This document shows, one piece after another, positions 9,216 through 19,222 of a stretch of DNA of 64,000 nucleotides. The notes beneath the pieces were generated by a model. It saw nothing but the letters and a program-made list of their open reading frames with translations. It had not been told where the DNA came from and made no database searches. Where the stretch lies: the NCBI GenBank assembly GCA_022562295.1, contig JADFPO010000005.1:9753-73752 (forward strand), written 5' to 3'. The translations under genes and the position numbers were made by a program. Each line of letters starts with the position of its first letter. The first letter of the stretch is position 1. The DNA comes from Gemmatimonadota bacterium (GTDB lineage: Bacteria; Gemmatimonadota; Gemmatimonadetes; Gemmatimonadales; GWC2-71-9).

Positions 9216-10285
9216 AACCTTCGATCGACCACCAACAGCGTGTCCGGCCCGAGAGCACGGCGCTCGGTGACCTGCCAGGATTCCGCCGCGTCCAGGGATA
9301 TCGGTGCGCGTGTGAATGCCGGAGTTCCCGTGCCCAGCCAGCGGGGCGCCTGAATCCAGTAGAGGCGGTCCACGAGTTCCTCGTCGAGCAGGCTCGTCGC
9401 GAGCCGGCCACCCCCCTCGATCAGGATCGACTGGATGCCCTGTCGCCGCAGTGATTCCATCGCCGCCGTGAGACTATCGGCTCCCATTACCATAACCTCT
9501 TTATTTACAATAGCTTCACTAACATCCGCAACCCGTGAGTGGGGAATCACTACTACCACGGGGCCGGAGTCGGTGTCAAACATGCGCAACCTACGCGGCA
9601 CCTCACCGTCTCGGGCGAACAAGACCCGCGTGGGGGGACGCCGCGGCTCAAGGGGACCCCGAACGGTGAGCAGCGGATCGTCGGCGACCGCCGTACCCCG
9701 ACCGACCCCGATGGCACCGAACCCGGCCCGCAGCCACTGAACGAACGCGCGGGCCTCGGAACCCGACAGCCATTGCGACTTGCCGGTGGCGTCGGCCAGC
9801 TGTCCGTCGAGCGATGTGGCCAGTTTGAGGGCCACATATGGCCGGTCGGGACGGGACGCGCAAAACAGAAAAGGGGCATTGAGCGCAGCGGCGTGCGTCT
9901 CGCACAGCCCCACGGACACCTCGATCCCGGCCCCTCGCAACCGGGCGATTCCACCGGCGGCCGCGGGATTGGGGTCGGCGACGGCCACGACCACGCGCGC
10001 CACACCGGCCCCGATCAGCGCGTCGGCGCAGGGTGGCGTCTTTCCTTCGTGAGCACACGGCTCGAGCGTGACGACACAGGTCGCGCCTCGAGGGTCGTCG
10101 CAACTCTCCAGCGCGGCCACTTCAGCATGCGGATCTCCGAACGCCGCGTGGTACCCTTCCCCCACGATTTCCCCGTCACGCAGCAATACAGCTCCGACGA
10201 GGGGGTTGGGCGCGACCCGCCCCCATCCCTGGACGGCGATCGCAAGCGCCCGCTCCATGGCGGCCTGCTCGCCTACCCTGCCCAT
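9200..10285 (-). CDS. ribD: Bifunctional pyrimidine deaminase / 5-amino-6-(5-phosphoribosylamino)uracil reductase
   Basis: 361 aa. The CMP/dCMP-type zinc motifs HAEV...TLEPCAHEGKTPPC are followed by a reductase domain. A second Met at 10258 is an alternative start. Confidence 0.9.
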   Translation of the reverse strand: MGRVGEQAAMERALAIAVQGWGRVAPNPLVGAVLLRDGEIVGEGYHAAFGDPHAEVAALESCDDPRGATCVVTLEPCAHEGKTPPCADALIGAGVARVVVAVADPNPAAAGGIARLRGAGIEVSVGLCETHAAALNAPFLFCASRPDRPYVALKLATSLDGQLADATGKSQWLSGSEARAFVQWLRAGFGAIGVGRGTAVADDPLLTVRGPLEPRRPPTRVLFARDGEVPRRLRMFDTDSGPVVVVIPHSRVADVSEAIVNKEVMVMGADSLTAAMESLRRQGIQSILIEGGGRLATSLLDEELVDRLYWIQAPRWLGTGTPAFTRAPISLDAAESWQVTERRALGPDTLLVVDRRLCLQV

Positions 10286-10366
10286 GCCGTTCGACCATTC
10301 GGAATCACCAGTCCACCCATGAGATGCCGCGCTCCTCGAGGTCTATTCGTCCGGTGCAGGCCGTCG

Positions 10367-11401
10367 CTAATCGATGCGTACGCCGGGCACCGCCCCCCCC
10401 CCGCGAACCACCTCACCGATCACCCAAGTCGGCACTGCAGCCGCCCTTGCTGCATCCTGGACTGGTGCGAGTGCATCCGACGGTACCATGGCGATCATGC
10501 CGATTCCCATGTTGAACACCCGCAGCATTTCGTCTCGCTCAACGCCGCCCGCCTCCTGGAGGAAAGAGAACAGCGGCGGAACGACCCACTGCGAGGAATC
10601 CACAGCGGCGACACACCCTGCGGGGAGCGGGCGCACCAGGTTTCCGGGGATGCCTCCTCCGGTGATGTGTGCGAGCCCGTGCATCCGACCGAGCACCGGG
10701 GCGACGGCAGCATGATAGCTCCGGTGAGGGGCCAACAGGGCATCGGCGATCGAGACGTCCAGCTCCGGAACGGTACTGTCCACGTCGAGACCGAGTCGTT
10801 CGAATACGATGTGCCGGGCCAGGGTGTATCCGTTAGTGTGTAGTCCGGTAGACTCGTATCCGAGCAACAAGTCACCGACCCGGATGCGATCGCCGTGCAG
10901 CGCCTCGCCCTCGGACACGACGCCCAGAATGGTGCCTGCCAGATCGTAGACCCCTTCCTGGTACACGTCGGGCATTTCCGCCGTCTCACCACCCGCGAGG
11001 GTCATGTCGTGCGCCCGGCAGCCTCGTGCGACGCCCTCGACCACGCTCGCGACGGTGTCCGGATCCACGGAGGCCGTCGCGATATAGTCGAGGAATGCCA
11101 GCGGACGCGCGCCGTGGACCAGGATGTCGTTGACGCAATGGTTAACCAAATCCTCGCCGACCGTGTCGTGCCTCCCGGCACGAGCGGCCACCAGCACCTT
11201 GGTGCCGACACCGTCGGTGCTCATCACGAGGACCGGGTCGGGAATGTCCGGTGGTAGCCGAACCATGCCGCCGAAGGCACCCACGCCACCCAACGCCAAA
11301 TCGCTGCGCGCCGCGGCGACTACCTCGCTGATCTTGGCCTTGGCAAGCTCGGCGGCACGAAGATCGACACCAGCTTCACGGTAGCGAGCCGCCGGTTTCA
11401 T
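10367..11401 (-). CDS. purM: Phosphoribosylformylglycinamidine cyclo-ligase (AIR synthetase)
   Basis: 344 aa with ...YREAGVDL...MSTDGVGTKV...VNDILVHGARPLAFLDY...GGETAEMP. Confidence 0.9.
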   Translation of the reverse strand: MKPAARYREAGVDLRAAELAKAKISEVVAAARSDLALGGVGAFGGMVRLPPDIPDPVLVMSTDGVGTKVLVAARAGRHDTVGEDLVNHCVNDILVHGARPLAFLDYIATASVDPDTVASVVEGVARGCRAHDMTLAGGETAEMPDVYQEGVYDLAGTILGVVSEGEALHGDRIRVGDLLLGYESTGLHTNGYTLARHIVFERLGLDVDSTVPELDVSIADALLAPHRSYHAAVAPVLGRMHGLAHITGGGIPGNLVRPLPAGCVAAVDSSQWVVPPLFSFLQEAGGVERDEMLRVFNMGIGMIAMVPSDALAPVQDAARAAAVPTWVIGEVVRGGGAVPGVRID

Positions 11402-12321
11402 TCATCGAATCCGTTTGTGGTATCGAAATGTACCAGATCGGCAAACGCGCGAGCGCGCGCCGCGATCTCGGCAGGACCGATTTCAAGGAACCGCTCGACC
11501 GAAAACCGCTCGACAGCAAAGGAGCCGGTCGTCGAGCCGAACACCATCGCACGCCGCATGTTGGCTGGAGACAGGTCTCCAGTCCGCCCGAGGTGGCCCA
11601 TGAACCCTCCCGCAAACGCGTCCCCCGCGCCGGTCGGATCGCAGATCTCCTCCAGGGGATAGCCCGGAACACAGAAGACTCCGGTCTCATCGACCATAAA
11701 GGCGCCATACTCACCCTGCTTGATGATCACCATCTTCGGTCCTCGGTCGAGAATCCATCGAGCCGACCGATACACGTTCCAGTCCCCCGAGAGTTGCCTC
11801 GCTTCCGAATCGTTTACCATCAGCACATCGATGCGCTTCATGAGTTCCAGTAATAGTTCAGGCGCGCCCTGGATCCAGTAGTTCATGGTGTCGCACACCA
11901 CGAGATCCGGGGTTTCGGTCTGGTCCAGCACATTCGATTGCAGGGTCGGATCGATGTTACCGAGAAACACGAGCTTCGCCCGTCGGAACGCTTCCGGCAA
12001 CTTGGGCTCGAACGTCGCGAAGACTCCCAACTGCGTGTCCAGCGTCTCGCGGTTCTGAAAATCGGCGGAGTACCTTCCTTTCCACCGGAAACTGGCTCCG
12101 CGCGCATGCTCGACGCCGCTGAGGTCCACGCCACGTTCCGCGAGACGGTCCAGTTCAGCCGAGGGAAAGTCGTCTCCCACGACACCGACCACCTGAACCG
12201 GATGGAAGAAGGCTGCGGCGTACGCAAAGAACGTCGCTGATCCACCCAGGGCGTCGGTCGTGCTTCCGAATGGAGTTTCAACTGAGTCCAGGGCGATGCT
12301 TCCCACAACCAATAGTCCCAT
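11398..12321 (-). CDS. PfkB-family carbohydrate/nucleoside kinase
   Basis: 307 aa. MGLLVVGSIALDSVETPFG... with the C-terminal DPTGAGDAFAGGF motif of the ribokinase/PfkB superfamily. Substrate unknown. Confidence 0.75.
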   Translation of the reverse strand: MGLLVVGSIALDSVETPFGSTTDALGGSATFFAYAAAFFHPVQVVGVVGDDFPSAELDRLAERGVDLSGVEHARGASFRWKGRYSADFQNRETLDTQLGVFATFEPKLPEAFRRAKLVFLGNIDPTLQSNVLDQTETPDLVVCDTMNYWIQGAPELLLELMKRIDVLMVNDSEARQLSGDWNVYRSARWILDRGPKMVIIKQGEYGAFMVDETGVFCVPGYPLEEICDPTGAGDAFAGGFMGHLGRTGDLSPANMRRAMVFGSTTGSFAVERFSVERFLEIGPAEIAARARAFADLVHFDTTNGFDE

Positions 12322-12324
12322 GGA

Positions 12325-13956
12325 TTACATCCGTTCCGGGGCCGCAATCCCCAGCAAGTTCAGGCCGTTGGCCAACGCAATCTGGGCTGCGCGGGCGAGC
12401 GCCAATCGCGCCTGTTCTACGCCCCCCGGCGCCCCGATCACGCGGTGGCGGTGGTACCATCCGTTCACCGCTTTAGCCAGATCCTCGAGGTACGCGACGA
12501 TCCGATGTGGCTCGAGCGCCGCGGCGGCCCGCTCTACGACGGCCGGGAACTCACCCAACTGTTTGATGAGAAGGATCTCGTCTTTCTCGTTGAGGAGTGT
12601 GAGGTCGACACCATCGTGCCGCACGTCTTCGGGCGCCACGTCGGCGTTGCGAAAGATACCCGCGATGCGGGTGTGCGCGTACTGCACATAGTAGACGGGG
12701 TTCTCCTCGGTCTGCTTGACCGCGAGGTCGATATCGAAGGTGAATTGCGAATCCCCGCGGCGCATCAGGAAGAAATATCTTGCGGCGTCCACTCCGGTTT
12801 GTTCGAACAAGTCCCGCAGAGCAACGAACTCTCCGGACCGTTTGGAAAACCGTACCGCTTCACCGTGGCGTACGACGCGAACCAACTGCACCATGACGAT
12901 CCGGAGGAATCCCGGAGGGAGGCCAAGAGCCGCCATCGCAGCGGCCATTCTTCCTATGTAACCATGGTGATCGGCGCCCCACACGTCGATCGCAAGGGTC
13001 GCCCCCCGGTCGGCTTTGGTGAGGTGATATGCGATATCGGGAAGAAAGTAGGTGAAGGTTCCGTCGCGTTTGCGGAGAACGCGGTCTTTCGCATCGTCGA
13101 ACTCCGACGTCTTCAGCCAAAGGGCATCGTCACTCTCGTAGAGCACCCGCCGTTCTTCGAGTGCTTCCAGGGTCTTCTCGATCGCTCCGCTGGTGTACAG
13201 CTCGCTTTCGTTGAAGGTCACGTCGAATCGGACGCCGAAGTCCTCGAGGTCGCGATCTTGCTCCTCGCGCTGCGCCTGTACGCCGATGGCGCGGCACTGG
13301 CGGATCCCCTCCTCTTCAGAGAGATCCGCGAATTCGGGGCCCTCACGCTCGAGGATTGTTTGTGCCAGCTCGGCCAAGTACTCCCCATGATATCCGCGTG
13401 CCGGGATCTCCGCTGGCCTCCCTACCTCTTGCTGGACGCGGGCCCAGAGAGATTCCGCCATCAGGTCGACCTGAACGCCGGCGTCATTGACGTAGAACTC
13501 GCGCGTCACGTCGTGGCCGGTGGCGTCGAGCAGAGCGGCGATCGCATCGCCGAGAGCCGCACCGCGCCCGTGCCCGACGTGCAGCGGACCCGTAGGATTC
13601 GCCGACACGAACTCGACGTTGACTCGCTTCCCGGCCCCGGTGTTGCTCCGTCCGAACCGTTCCCCCTCGTCGAGCACGGTCTTCAGAACCGAGGCCATCG
13701 CTTCTTCGGCGAACCAAAAATTGATGAATCCGGGGCCGGCGATCTCGACTCTGGACACGACGTCGCTCGGGCAATCGAGGGCCGCTACGATCTCTTCGGC
13801 TATCTGCCTTGGTGCGCGGCCAAGCGGCTTGGCCAGCTTCAGCGCGACAGACGTCGCGAGGTCACCGTGGCCCGCTTCGCGGGGCCGCTCCAGCACGATG
13901 TCGGACGCGGGGGCCCCGAGTGCGGCAACGGCACGCTCGATCGCGCCTTGCAGCAA
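12325..13956 (-). CDS. argS: Arginine--tRNA ligase
   Basis: 543 aa. It has the class I HIGH-type motif (NPTGPLHVGHGRG) and a typical ArgRS C-terminus ending in ...PERM. Confidence 0.9.
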   Translation of the reverse strand: MLQGAIERAVAALGAPASDIVLERPREAGHGDLATSVALKLAKPLGRAPRQIAEEIVAALDCPSDVVSRVEIAGPGFINFWFAEEAMASVLKTVLDEGERFGRSNTGAGKRVNVEFVSANPTGPLHVGHGRGAALGDAIAALLDATGHDVTREFYVNDAGVQVDLMAESLWARVQQEVGRPAEIPARGYHGEYLAELAQTILEREGPEFADLSEEEGIRQCRAIGVQAQREEQDRDLEDFGVRFDVTFNESELYTSGAIEKTLEALEERRVLYESDDALWLKTSEFDDAKDRVLRKRDGTFTYFLPDIAYHLTKADRGATLAIDVWGADHHGYIGRMAAAMAALGLPPGFLRIVMVQLVRVVRHGEAVRFSKRSGEFVALRDLFEQTGVDAARYFFLMRRGDSQFTFDIDLAVKQTEENPVYYVQYAHTRIAGIFRNADVAPEDVRHDGVDLTLLNEKDEILLIKQLGEFPAVVERAAAALEPHRIVAYLEDLAKAVNGWYHRHRVIGAPGGVEQARLALARAAQIALANGLNLLGIAAPERM

Positions 13957-13970
13957 CTCCGCGCCCTGGG

Positions 13971-14291
13971 TCAGGACTTGTCTCCTTTGGGCCTGTCGGT
14001 GCCCTTGCTGGATTCGGACTTGTCAGCGCCAGACGAAGGTTTTTTTGAGGTGTCTTTGGAAGGCTTGTCTCCATCGGAACTGGTCTTCTCTTTCGCACCG
14101 GCACTCCCGGCCCTTTTGTAGTCGGTTTCGTAGAAGCCCGAGCCTTTGAATATGATGCCCGCTCCTCCCGAGATGAGACGCTCGCCTCTCTTCCCGCACC
14201 GAGGGCACTTGATCCTGGTCGCGTCGCTGATCTTTTGAAGTTTTTCGTATTCGTGTCCGCATGTCGGGCAGCGATACCCGTACGTAGGCAT
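13971..14291 (-). CDS. FmdB-family zinc-ribbon protein with Lys/Ser-rich tail
   Basis: MPTYGYRCPTCGHEYEKLQKISD...KCPRCG has two CxxC pairs. A low-complexity basic tail follows. Confidence 0.75.
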   Translation of the reverse strand: MPTYGYRCPTCGHEYEKLQKISDATRIKCPRCGKRGERLISGGAGIIFKGSGFYETDYKRAGSAGAKEKTSSDGDKPSKDTSKKPSSGADKSESSKGTDRPKGDKS

Positions 14292-14359
14292 GACTCATTC
14301 CTTACGTTGGAAATGTTCGTGGGATAGAGTGGGCATGTTACCTGGGGGCACCCGCGGGG

Positions 14360-15928
14360 TCAAGCAGTACGAAACGTTCCCCACACATCGCGAAACGCCT
14401 CGCTGATCTCGCCGACGGTCGCTCGGGCACGCACCGCCTCCAGGATCAGCGGGACGAGCGGAACGTCGCCGGTCGCTCCCTGCGTCAACTCGTGCAGCGC
14501 TGCACGGTGCCGCGCTAAATCGCGACGCTGGCGTGTCCGGCGAACCCGTTCGGTTTGTTCCCTCGCCAAGGCCGTGTAGTCCGGCGCGGGCAACACCGGT
14601 CCGGCCTCATCGGTCTCGAAGCGGTTGACGCCTACCACCACGTTCTGCTCGGTTTCGAGCGCCCGTTGCTGGTCGAAGGCCGAGCGACCAATCGTCTCCT
14701 GAAAGAATCCCGTCTCAATAGCCTGCGCCGCACCTCCCCGCTCCGCTATCGCGTCGAGCAACACGCGGCTTTCCCTCTCCATCGTGTCCGTAAGATGCTC
14801 GACGTAGTACGACCCGCCAAGCGGATCCGCAGTTTGGGCAACGCCCGATTCGTACGCCAGAACTTGCTGGGTCCGGAGCGCGAGTCGGGCGGCGTCCTCT
14901 GTGGGCAACGCCAGCGCCTCGTCGTACCCGTTGGTATGTAGGGACTGCGTGCCACCGAGGATCGCCGACAGGGCCTGTATCGCCACGCGAACGACGTTAT
15001 TGAGCGGCTGCTGTGCCGTGAGCGTGGAACCGCCGGTCTGGGCATGGAACCGCAGCTGGCAGCTTCTGTCGTCTCCGTCGTACCGCTCCCGCACCAGCTT
15101 GGCCCACAACCTGCGCGCGGCGCGGAACTTCGCTACTTCCTCGAACAAATCGCTGTGCGCCGCGAAAAAGAACGACACGCGCGGCGCCACCACGTCGATA
15201 TCCAGGCCTCGAGACGCTGCGCGGTCCAGATATTCGAGCGCATTCGCGAACGTGAACGCAACTTCCTGGACTGCCGTCGCGCCCGCCTCGCGCATGTGGT
15301 AACCGCTAATCGAGATCGGATTGAACGACATGCCCTGATCGACCACAAAGGCGATGGTATCTGTTACCAAGCGCAACGATGGCTCGAGCGGATAGATATA
15401 CGTGCCGCGGGCAACATACTCTTTCAACACGTCGTTCTGCACCGTGCCTCGGAGAGCGGAGCGGGCGACCCCTCGCTCCTCCCCAACTACGATATACATG
15501 GCGAGCAGAATCGCCGCCGTCGCATTGATGGTCATCGACGTGGAAACGCGGTCCAGCGAAATCCCGTCGAACAGCACCGAGAGATCGTCTACGCTGTCGA
15601 TCGCCACCCCCGCGCGTCCGACCTCCCCTTCGGCACGTGCATCATCCGAATCCAAACCCATTTGGGTAGGAAGATCGAACGCCACCGAGAGTCCTGTCTG
15701 GCCAGCATCCAGCAGATGTCGGAACCGCGTGTTCGTCTCCTGCGCCGTTCCGTATCCCGCATACTGTCGCATCGTCCATAAACGACCACGGTACATCGTC
15801 GGATGGATCCCGCGTGTGAAGGGAAACTCCCCCGGGATTTCCGACGATGTAGAGCTTCTTGCGTTCGTGGCGGTGTATACGGGATCGATCGGAATGCCGG
15901 ACGGTGACCGGCGTGACGCTTCACTCAT
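14360..15928 (-). CDS. Methylmalonyl-CoA mutase family, catalytic (substrate-binding barrel) subunit without B12-binding domain
   Basis: 522 aa with ...FPFTRGIHPTMYRGRLWTMRQYAGYGTAQETNTRFRHLL..GQTGLSVAFDLPTQ... The length fits the N-terminal catalytic domain only. Confidence 0.85.
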   Translation of the reverse strand: MSEASRRSPSGIPIDPVYTATNARSSTSSEIPGEFPFTRGIHPTMYRGRLWTMRQYAGYGTAQETNTRFRHLLDAGQTGLSVAFDLPTQMGLDSDDARAEGEVGRAGVAIDSVDDLSVLFDGISLDRVSTSMTINATAAILLAMYIVVGEERGVARSALRGTVQNDVLKEYVARGTYIYPLEPSLRLVTDTIAFVVDQGMSFNPISISGYHMREAGATAVQEVAFTFANALEYLDRAASRGLDIDVVAPRVSFFFAAHSDLFEEVAKFRAARRLWAKLVRERYDGDDRSCQLRFHAQTGGSTLTAQQPLNNVVRVAIQALSAILGGTQSLHTNGYDEALALPTEDAARLALRTQQVLAYESGVAQTADPLGGSYYVEHLTDTMERESRVLLDAIAERGGAAQAIETGFFQETIGRSAFDQQRALETEQNVVVGVNRFETDEAGPVLPAPDYTALAREQTERVRRTRQRRDLARHRAALHELTQGATGDVPLVPLILEAVRARATVGEISEAFRDVWGTFRTA

Positions 15929-16941
15929 TCCGGCGTCGCATTGGCCTCGCGGAGAATCCTTTCCACAAACTCGACGTCGTCTCGGCTGCCAATCACGAGG
16001 GGCGTCCGCTGATGCAATTCGGACGGTACGATGTCGAGGATCGGACGCTTTCCGTCGGAAGCGGCTCCGCCAGCCTGCTCCGCGATGTACGCCAGGGGAC
16101 TTGCCTCGTACAGCAGTCGCAGCTTGCCTTTGGGTGACTTCGAGTCTGCCGGATACATGAAGATGCCGCCCGCAAGCAGATTGCGATGGAAATCAGCCAC
16201 CAGTGACCCGATGTATCTCGCGTTCTTCCCGAGCCCCTCACCCTCCACACCCTTGAAGTAGCGAACCACTTGCTGATAGCCGGGGGACCATCTCGTAAAG
16301 TTGCTTTCATTGATACTGTAGTATTTCCCGATCGGTGGCGTGCTCACGTTTTGGTTGGTCATGCGAAATTCGCCAATGACCGGATCCAACGTGAAACAAT
16401 GCACCCCGTGACCGGCGCTGTAGACCATGACGGTACTCGATCCGTAGATCACATAGCCGGCGGCGACCTGCGACCGTCCGGATTGCAGACAGTCCACGAG
16501 ATTACCACACCCATGTTCGGATAGGCGCTTTTGGATGGAGAAAATCGTCCCGATCGAAACGTTCACATCGATATTCGAAGATCCATCCAGCGGATCGAAC
16601 AACAACACGTACTTGCCGTCGACGGCGCCGTTCGCCGCCAGAATCGGCTCGGCTTCCTCTTCCGACGCCATGATGGACACCCGACCGGTATTGCCAAAAG
16701 CCTGCTTCATGACCTCGTTGGCCAGCACGTCGAGTTTTTGCTGCTCCTCCCCCTGCACGTTCGTGTGACCCACGGCGCCGAGCACGTCCACCAACCCGGC
16801 GCTCCGCACATAGCCTGAGATGATCTTGGCGGCTAGCGCGACGTCGTAGAGAAGGTTCGAGAGCTGACCCGTGGCGTGCGGGTGCATGCGCTCTTGCCCC
16901 ATGATGAACCGCTCGATGGTAACCACATCAGAAATCGGCAA
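15925..16941 (-). CDS. fbp: Fructose-1,6-bisphosphatase class 1
   Basis: 338 aa with ...HATGQLSNLL...FDPLDGSSNID...GKLRLLYEASPLAYIAEQAGG. Confidence 0.9.
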   Translation of the reverse strand: MPISDVVTIERFIMGQERMHPHATGQLSNLLYDVALAAKIISGYVRSAGLVDVLGAVGHTNVQGEEQQKLDVLANEVMKQAFGNTGRVSIMASEEEAEPILAANGAVDGKYVLLFDPLDGSSNIDVNVSIGTIFSIQKRLSEHGCGNLVDCLQSGRSQVAAGYVIYGSSTVMVYSAGHGVHCFTLDPVIGEFRMTNQNVSTPPIGKYYSINESNFTRWSPGYQQVVRYFKGVEGEGLGKNARYIGSLVADFHRNLLAGGIFMYPADSKSPKGKLRLLYEASPLAYIAEQAGGAASDGKRPILDIVPSELHQRTPLVIGSRDDVEFVERILREANATPE

Positions 16942-19127
16942 CGGATTCGCTCCAGGACGTTGAGTGAGGTGCCGTGCTCGATCTCAAAATAGCGTCCGTC
17001 GGTCCGAATCGTTACCGTCCCGTCCAAGTCGGTGCGGTACACCGCAATCCCCCGCTCGCGCAGCCGGCGCAGGACCGATCGGGTCGGATGGCCGAATCGG
17101 TTCGGCCCGACACTGATGACCGCCGCCTGAGGGCGGATGGCGTCGAGCAGCAGGCCGGACGTGCTACCGGCGGAACCATGGTGACCCACCTTGAGCAATT
17201 CCACCGGCGGGAGGGAGGCGGCGAGCGCCGACTCCGCGGGCCATCCCGCATCGCCCATGAACAGCGCATCGAACTCCCCATACCGTACGTGGAGGATCAG
17301 GGAGTTTTCGTTGGCCGAAATCTGCCCGGCCATCCACGCGGCCGAGGGGTGCAGCACGGCAATTTGCACCGAGTCGATGACGACCGTGTCGCCCGCGCGG
17401 GCCACCTGCCACGCCCCAGCCGCCTGGTCGACCACGCCCAGGTACTCTCGGTAAAGCGCGGTTCCGAGCGGCTGGCCCGGCTCGACGACCAGCGCCGGCC
17501 CTGTCTGCGCGATGACGGTGAGGAGGCCGCCCAAGTGGTCGGCATCGCCGTGCGACACGAATACCACATCCAACCGGCGCACGGCCCGGCGGCGTAGGAA
17601 CGGCATCACGGTGTGCCGGCCGGCATCCATCTTTCCGAAACGGGGGCCGCCGTCGATGAGAACCCATCGGCCCCGCGGTGTACGCAGCACAATGGCATCG
17701 CCTTGACCCACCGCAAGCACGTGGATCGTCAACCTGGCGTCCGCATGCACGCTGATTGCCCTGCTGCCGACGATGCCCCAGCTTGCGGCGGCGGCTGCGA
17801 GAGCCACACGTCGCAGAGTGACGCTCCACTTGGGCCGCCGCCAGGTCAGCCAGATGGCCCCAGCCGTGAGACACAGCCACGGCCCGGCGAACAACCATCC
17901 GGGCTCCCCTTCGAGATGACCCCAGGGAACCCGACTCGCGATGTCGGCGACTCGCTCGAGCATCGCCAGGGTCAGCCCTGCCCCAGGCGCCATGACCCCG
18001 GCCAACAGGCTGGCGAACACGGCCGGCACGCACAGCCCGGCGAGCGGGACCGCCACCAGGTTGGCGACGACCCCGATGGGCGCCACGCTGCCGAAGGCGT
18101 ATGCCGTGATCGGCGCCGTCGCCAGCGTGGCGCCCGCAGACACCACCAGCAGTCGGCCAAACGATCCGACCCGCCGGGTCCGGCTGACCACGTGGAGGGC
18201 CCAACTGGTGCCGACCACGGCGGCGACCGAGAGCCACGCCCCCACGGATTGCACGGCGTCAGGATCGATGGTGAGCACTACGAGCGCAGCCACGGCGATC
18301 ACGGCGGTGGGCGGCGGACGCCTTTCCCGCATACGGCCCAGAGCGGCGACCGCTATGAACGTCGCCGCGCGGGTCGCTGGGGCAGGGAATCCCAGTAACG
18401 CCACGTACACCCACGCCAATACCGCACTGGCGAGCCACGCCCTTCGCACCCCGGCGATCGCACCAACCAGCACGCGCACCCAAGCAGCGATGATTCCGAC
18501 GTGGAGTCCCGAAATGGCAAGGAGATGGGCCAGCCCGCCGGCTACGAATGACTGCCGCAACTCACGATCGAGATCGGCGCGCCGCCCCAACACCATCGCC
18601 TCGACCAAGGGTGCCCGGGGGCCGTAGAGGTGGCGGATCCGCCGCCCCGCGATGTCGCGCAGTCGGAAGCGCAAAGGGACCGTCCGAGGGAGACGGCGAA
18701 GGTGGCGCACCCTCAGCCAGCCATTCGCCCGAACGACGCCGACGAGAACCGCCGTCTCCCCACTGTCGACGGATCCCGAATCCAATCGCAATCGGAGATC
18801 GCCGCGACAGCCCTCCGGCGAATGAAGCACGGTCCCGGTGGTCGATCCGCTGGCACCGGGCGCGTCGTGGATGCGAACGATGGCCGCGTGAGGGCCAAGG
18901 GTCCAGCGGGCGGCGCACGATTGTTGTTGACGCCGCGCCGCCAGTGCCCCGAAGGCGGCTCCTACCAAGAGGGCCCCCATCACTCGATGACGCCATCCGG
19001 ACCGGATCCCAACCGCTACGAGCACAGCGGCCGCCGCCAGCACGGGAACCGGGGGTAGAGCAAGGAACACCGCAGTCCAGAGTCCCACGGTGTAAGCCAC
19101 GGCGAATCGAGTGACCGGGGGCCACAC
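16833..19127 (-). CDS. comEC: DNA internalization competence protein ComEC/Rec2
   Basis: 764 aa. A polytopic membrane competence domain is followed by a metallo-beta-lactamase domain (FVSHGDADHLGG ... KVGHHGS). The last ~36 codons overlap the fbp start in another frame. Confidence 0.85.
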   Translation of the reverse strand: MWPPVTRFAVAYTVGLWTAVFLALPPVPVLAAAAVLVAVGIRSGWRHRVMGALLVGAAFGALAARRQQQSCAARWTLGPHAAIVRIHDAPGASGSTTGTVLHSPEGCRGDLRLRLDSGSVDSGETAVLVGVVRANGWLRVRHLRRLPRTVPLRFRLRDIAGRRIRHLYGPRAPLVEAMVLGRRADLDRELRQSFVAGGLAHLLAISGLHVGIIAAWVRVLVGAIAGVRRAWLASAVLAWVYVALLGFPAPATRAATFIAVAALGRMRERRPPPTAVIAVAALVVLTIDPDAVQSVGAWLSVAAVVGTSWALHVVSRTRRVGSFGRLLVVSAGATLATAPITAYAFGSVAPIGVVANLVAVPLAGLCVPAVFASLLAGVMAPGAGLTLAMLERVADIASRVPWGHLEGEPGWLFAGPWLCLTAGAIWLTWRRPKWSVTLRRVALAAAAASWGIVGSRAISVHADARLTIHVLAVGQGDAIVLRTPRGRWVLIDGGPRFGKMDAGRHTVMPFLRRRAVRRLDVVFVSHGDADHLGGLLTVIAQTGPALVVEPGQPLGTALYREYLGVVDQAAGAWQVARAGDTVVIDSVQIAVLHPSAAWMAGQISANENSLILHVRYGEFDALFMGDAGWPAESALAASLPPVELLKVGHHGSAGSTSGLLLDAIRPQAAVISVGPNRFGHPTRSVLRRLRERGIAVYRTDLDGTVTIRTDGRYFEIEHGTSLNVLERIRCRFLMWLPSSGSSWGKSACTRTPRVSSRTFSTTSR

Positions 19128-19222
19128 GATTCGATTATCTCGCTACGGTTACGGTTCGGTGAACACCGATCCGCGTCTGTGAGTCACGCTTCGACCGCCA
19201 ACGGCCACACGCCGCGTGCCGG

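Noticed and set aside
10286-10366. Possible FMN riboswitch upstream of ribD
   Set aside because: The spacer between purM and ribD is only 81 nt. I could not find the conserved FMN-element helices or motifs on the minus strand. A covariance-model scan would be the decisive test.
9539-10843. 434-aa plus-strand ORF spanning ribD and purM
   Set aside because: It crosses two well-supported minus-strand genes and the spacer between them. Its composition is typical of antisense frames.
12445-14121. 558-aa plus-strand ORF
   Set aside because: It is antisense to argS and the FmdB gene, both of which have unambiguous motifs. It is a shadow ORF.
17164-18237. 357-aa Arg/Gly-rich minus-strand ORF inside comEC
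   Set aside because: It is an alternative frame of comEC, low-complexity RG-rich sequence with no independent support.
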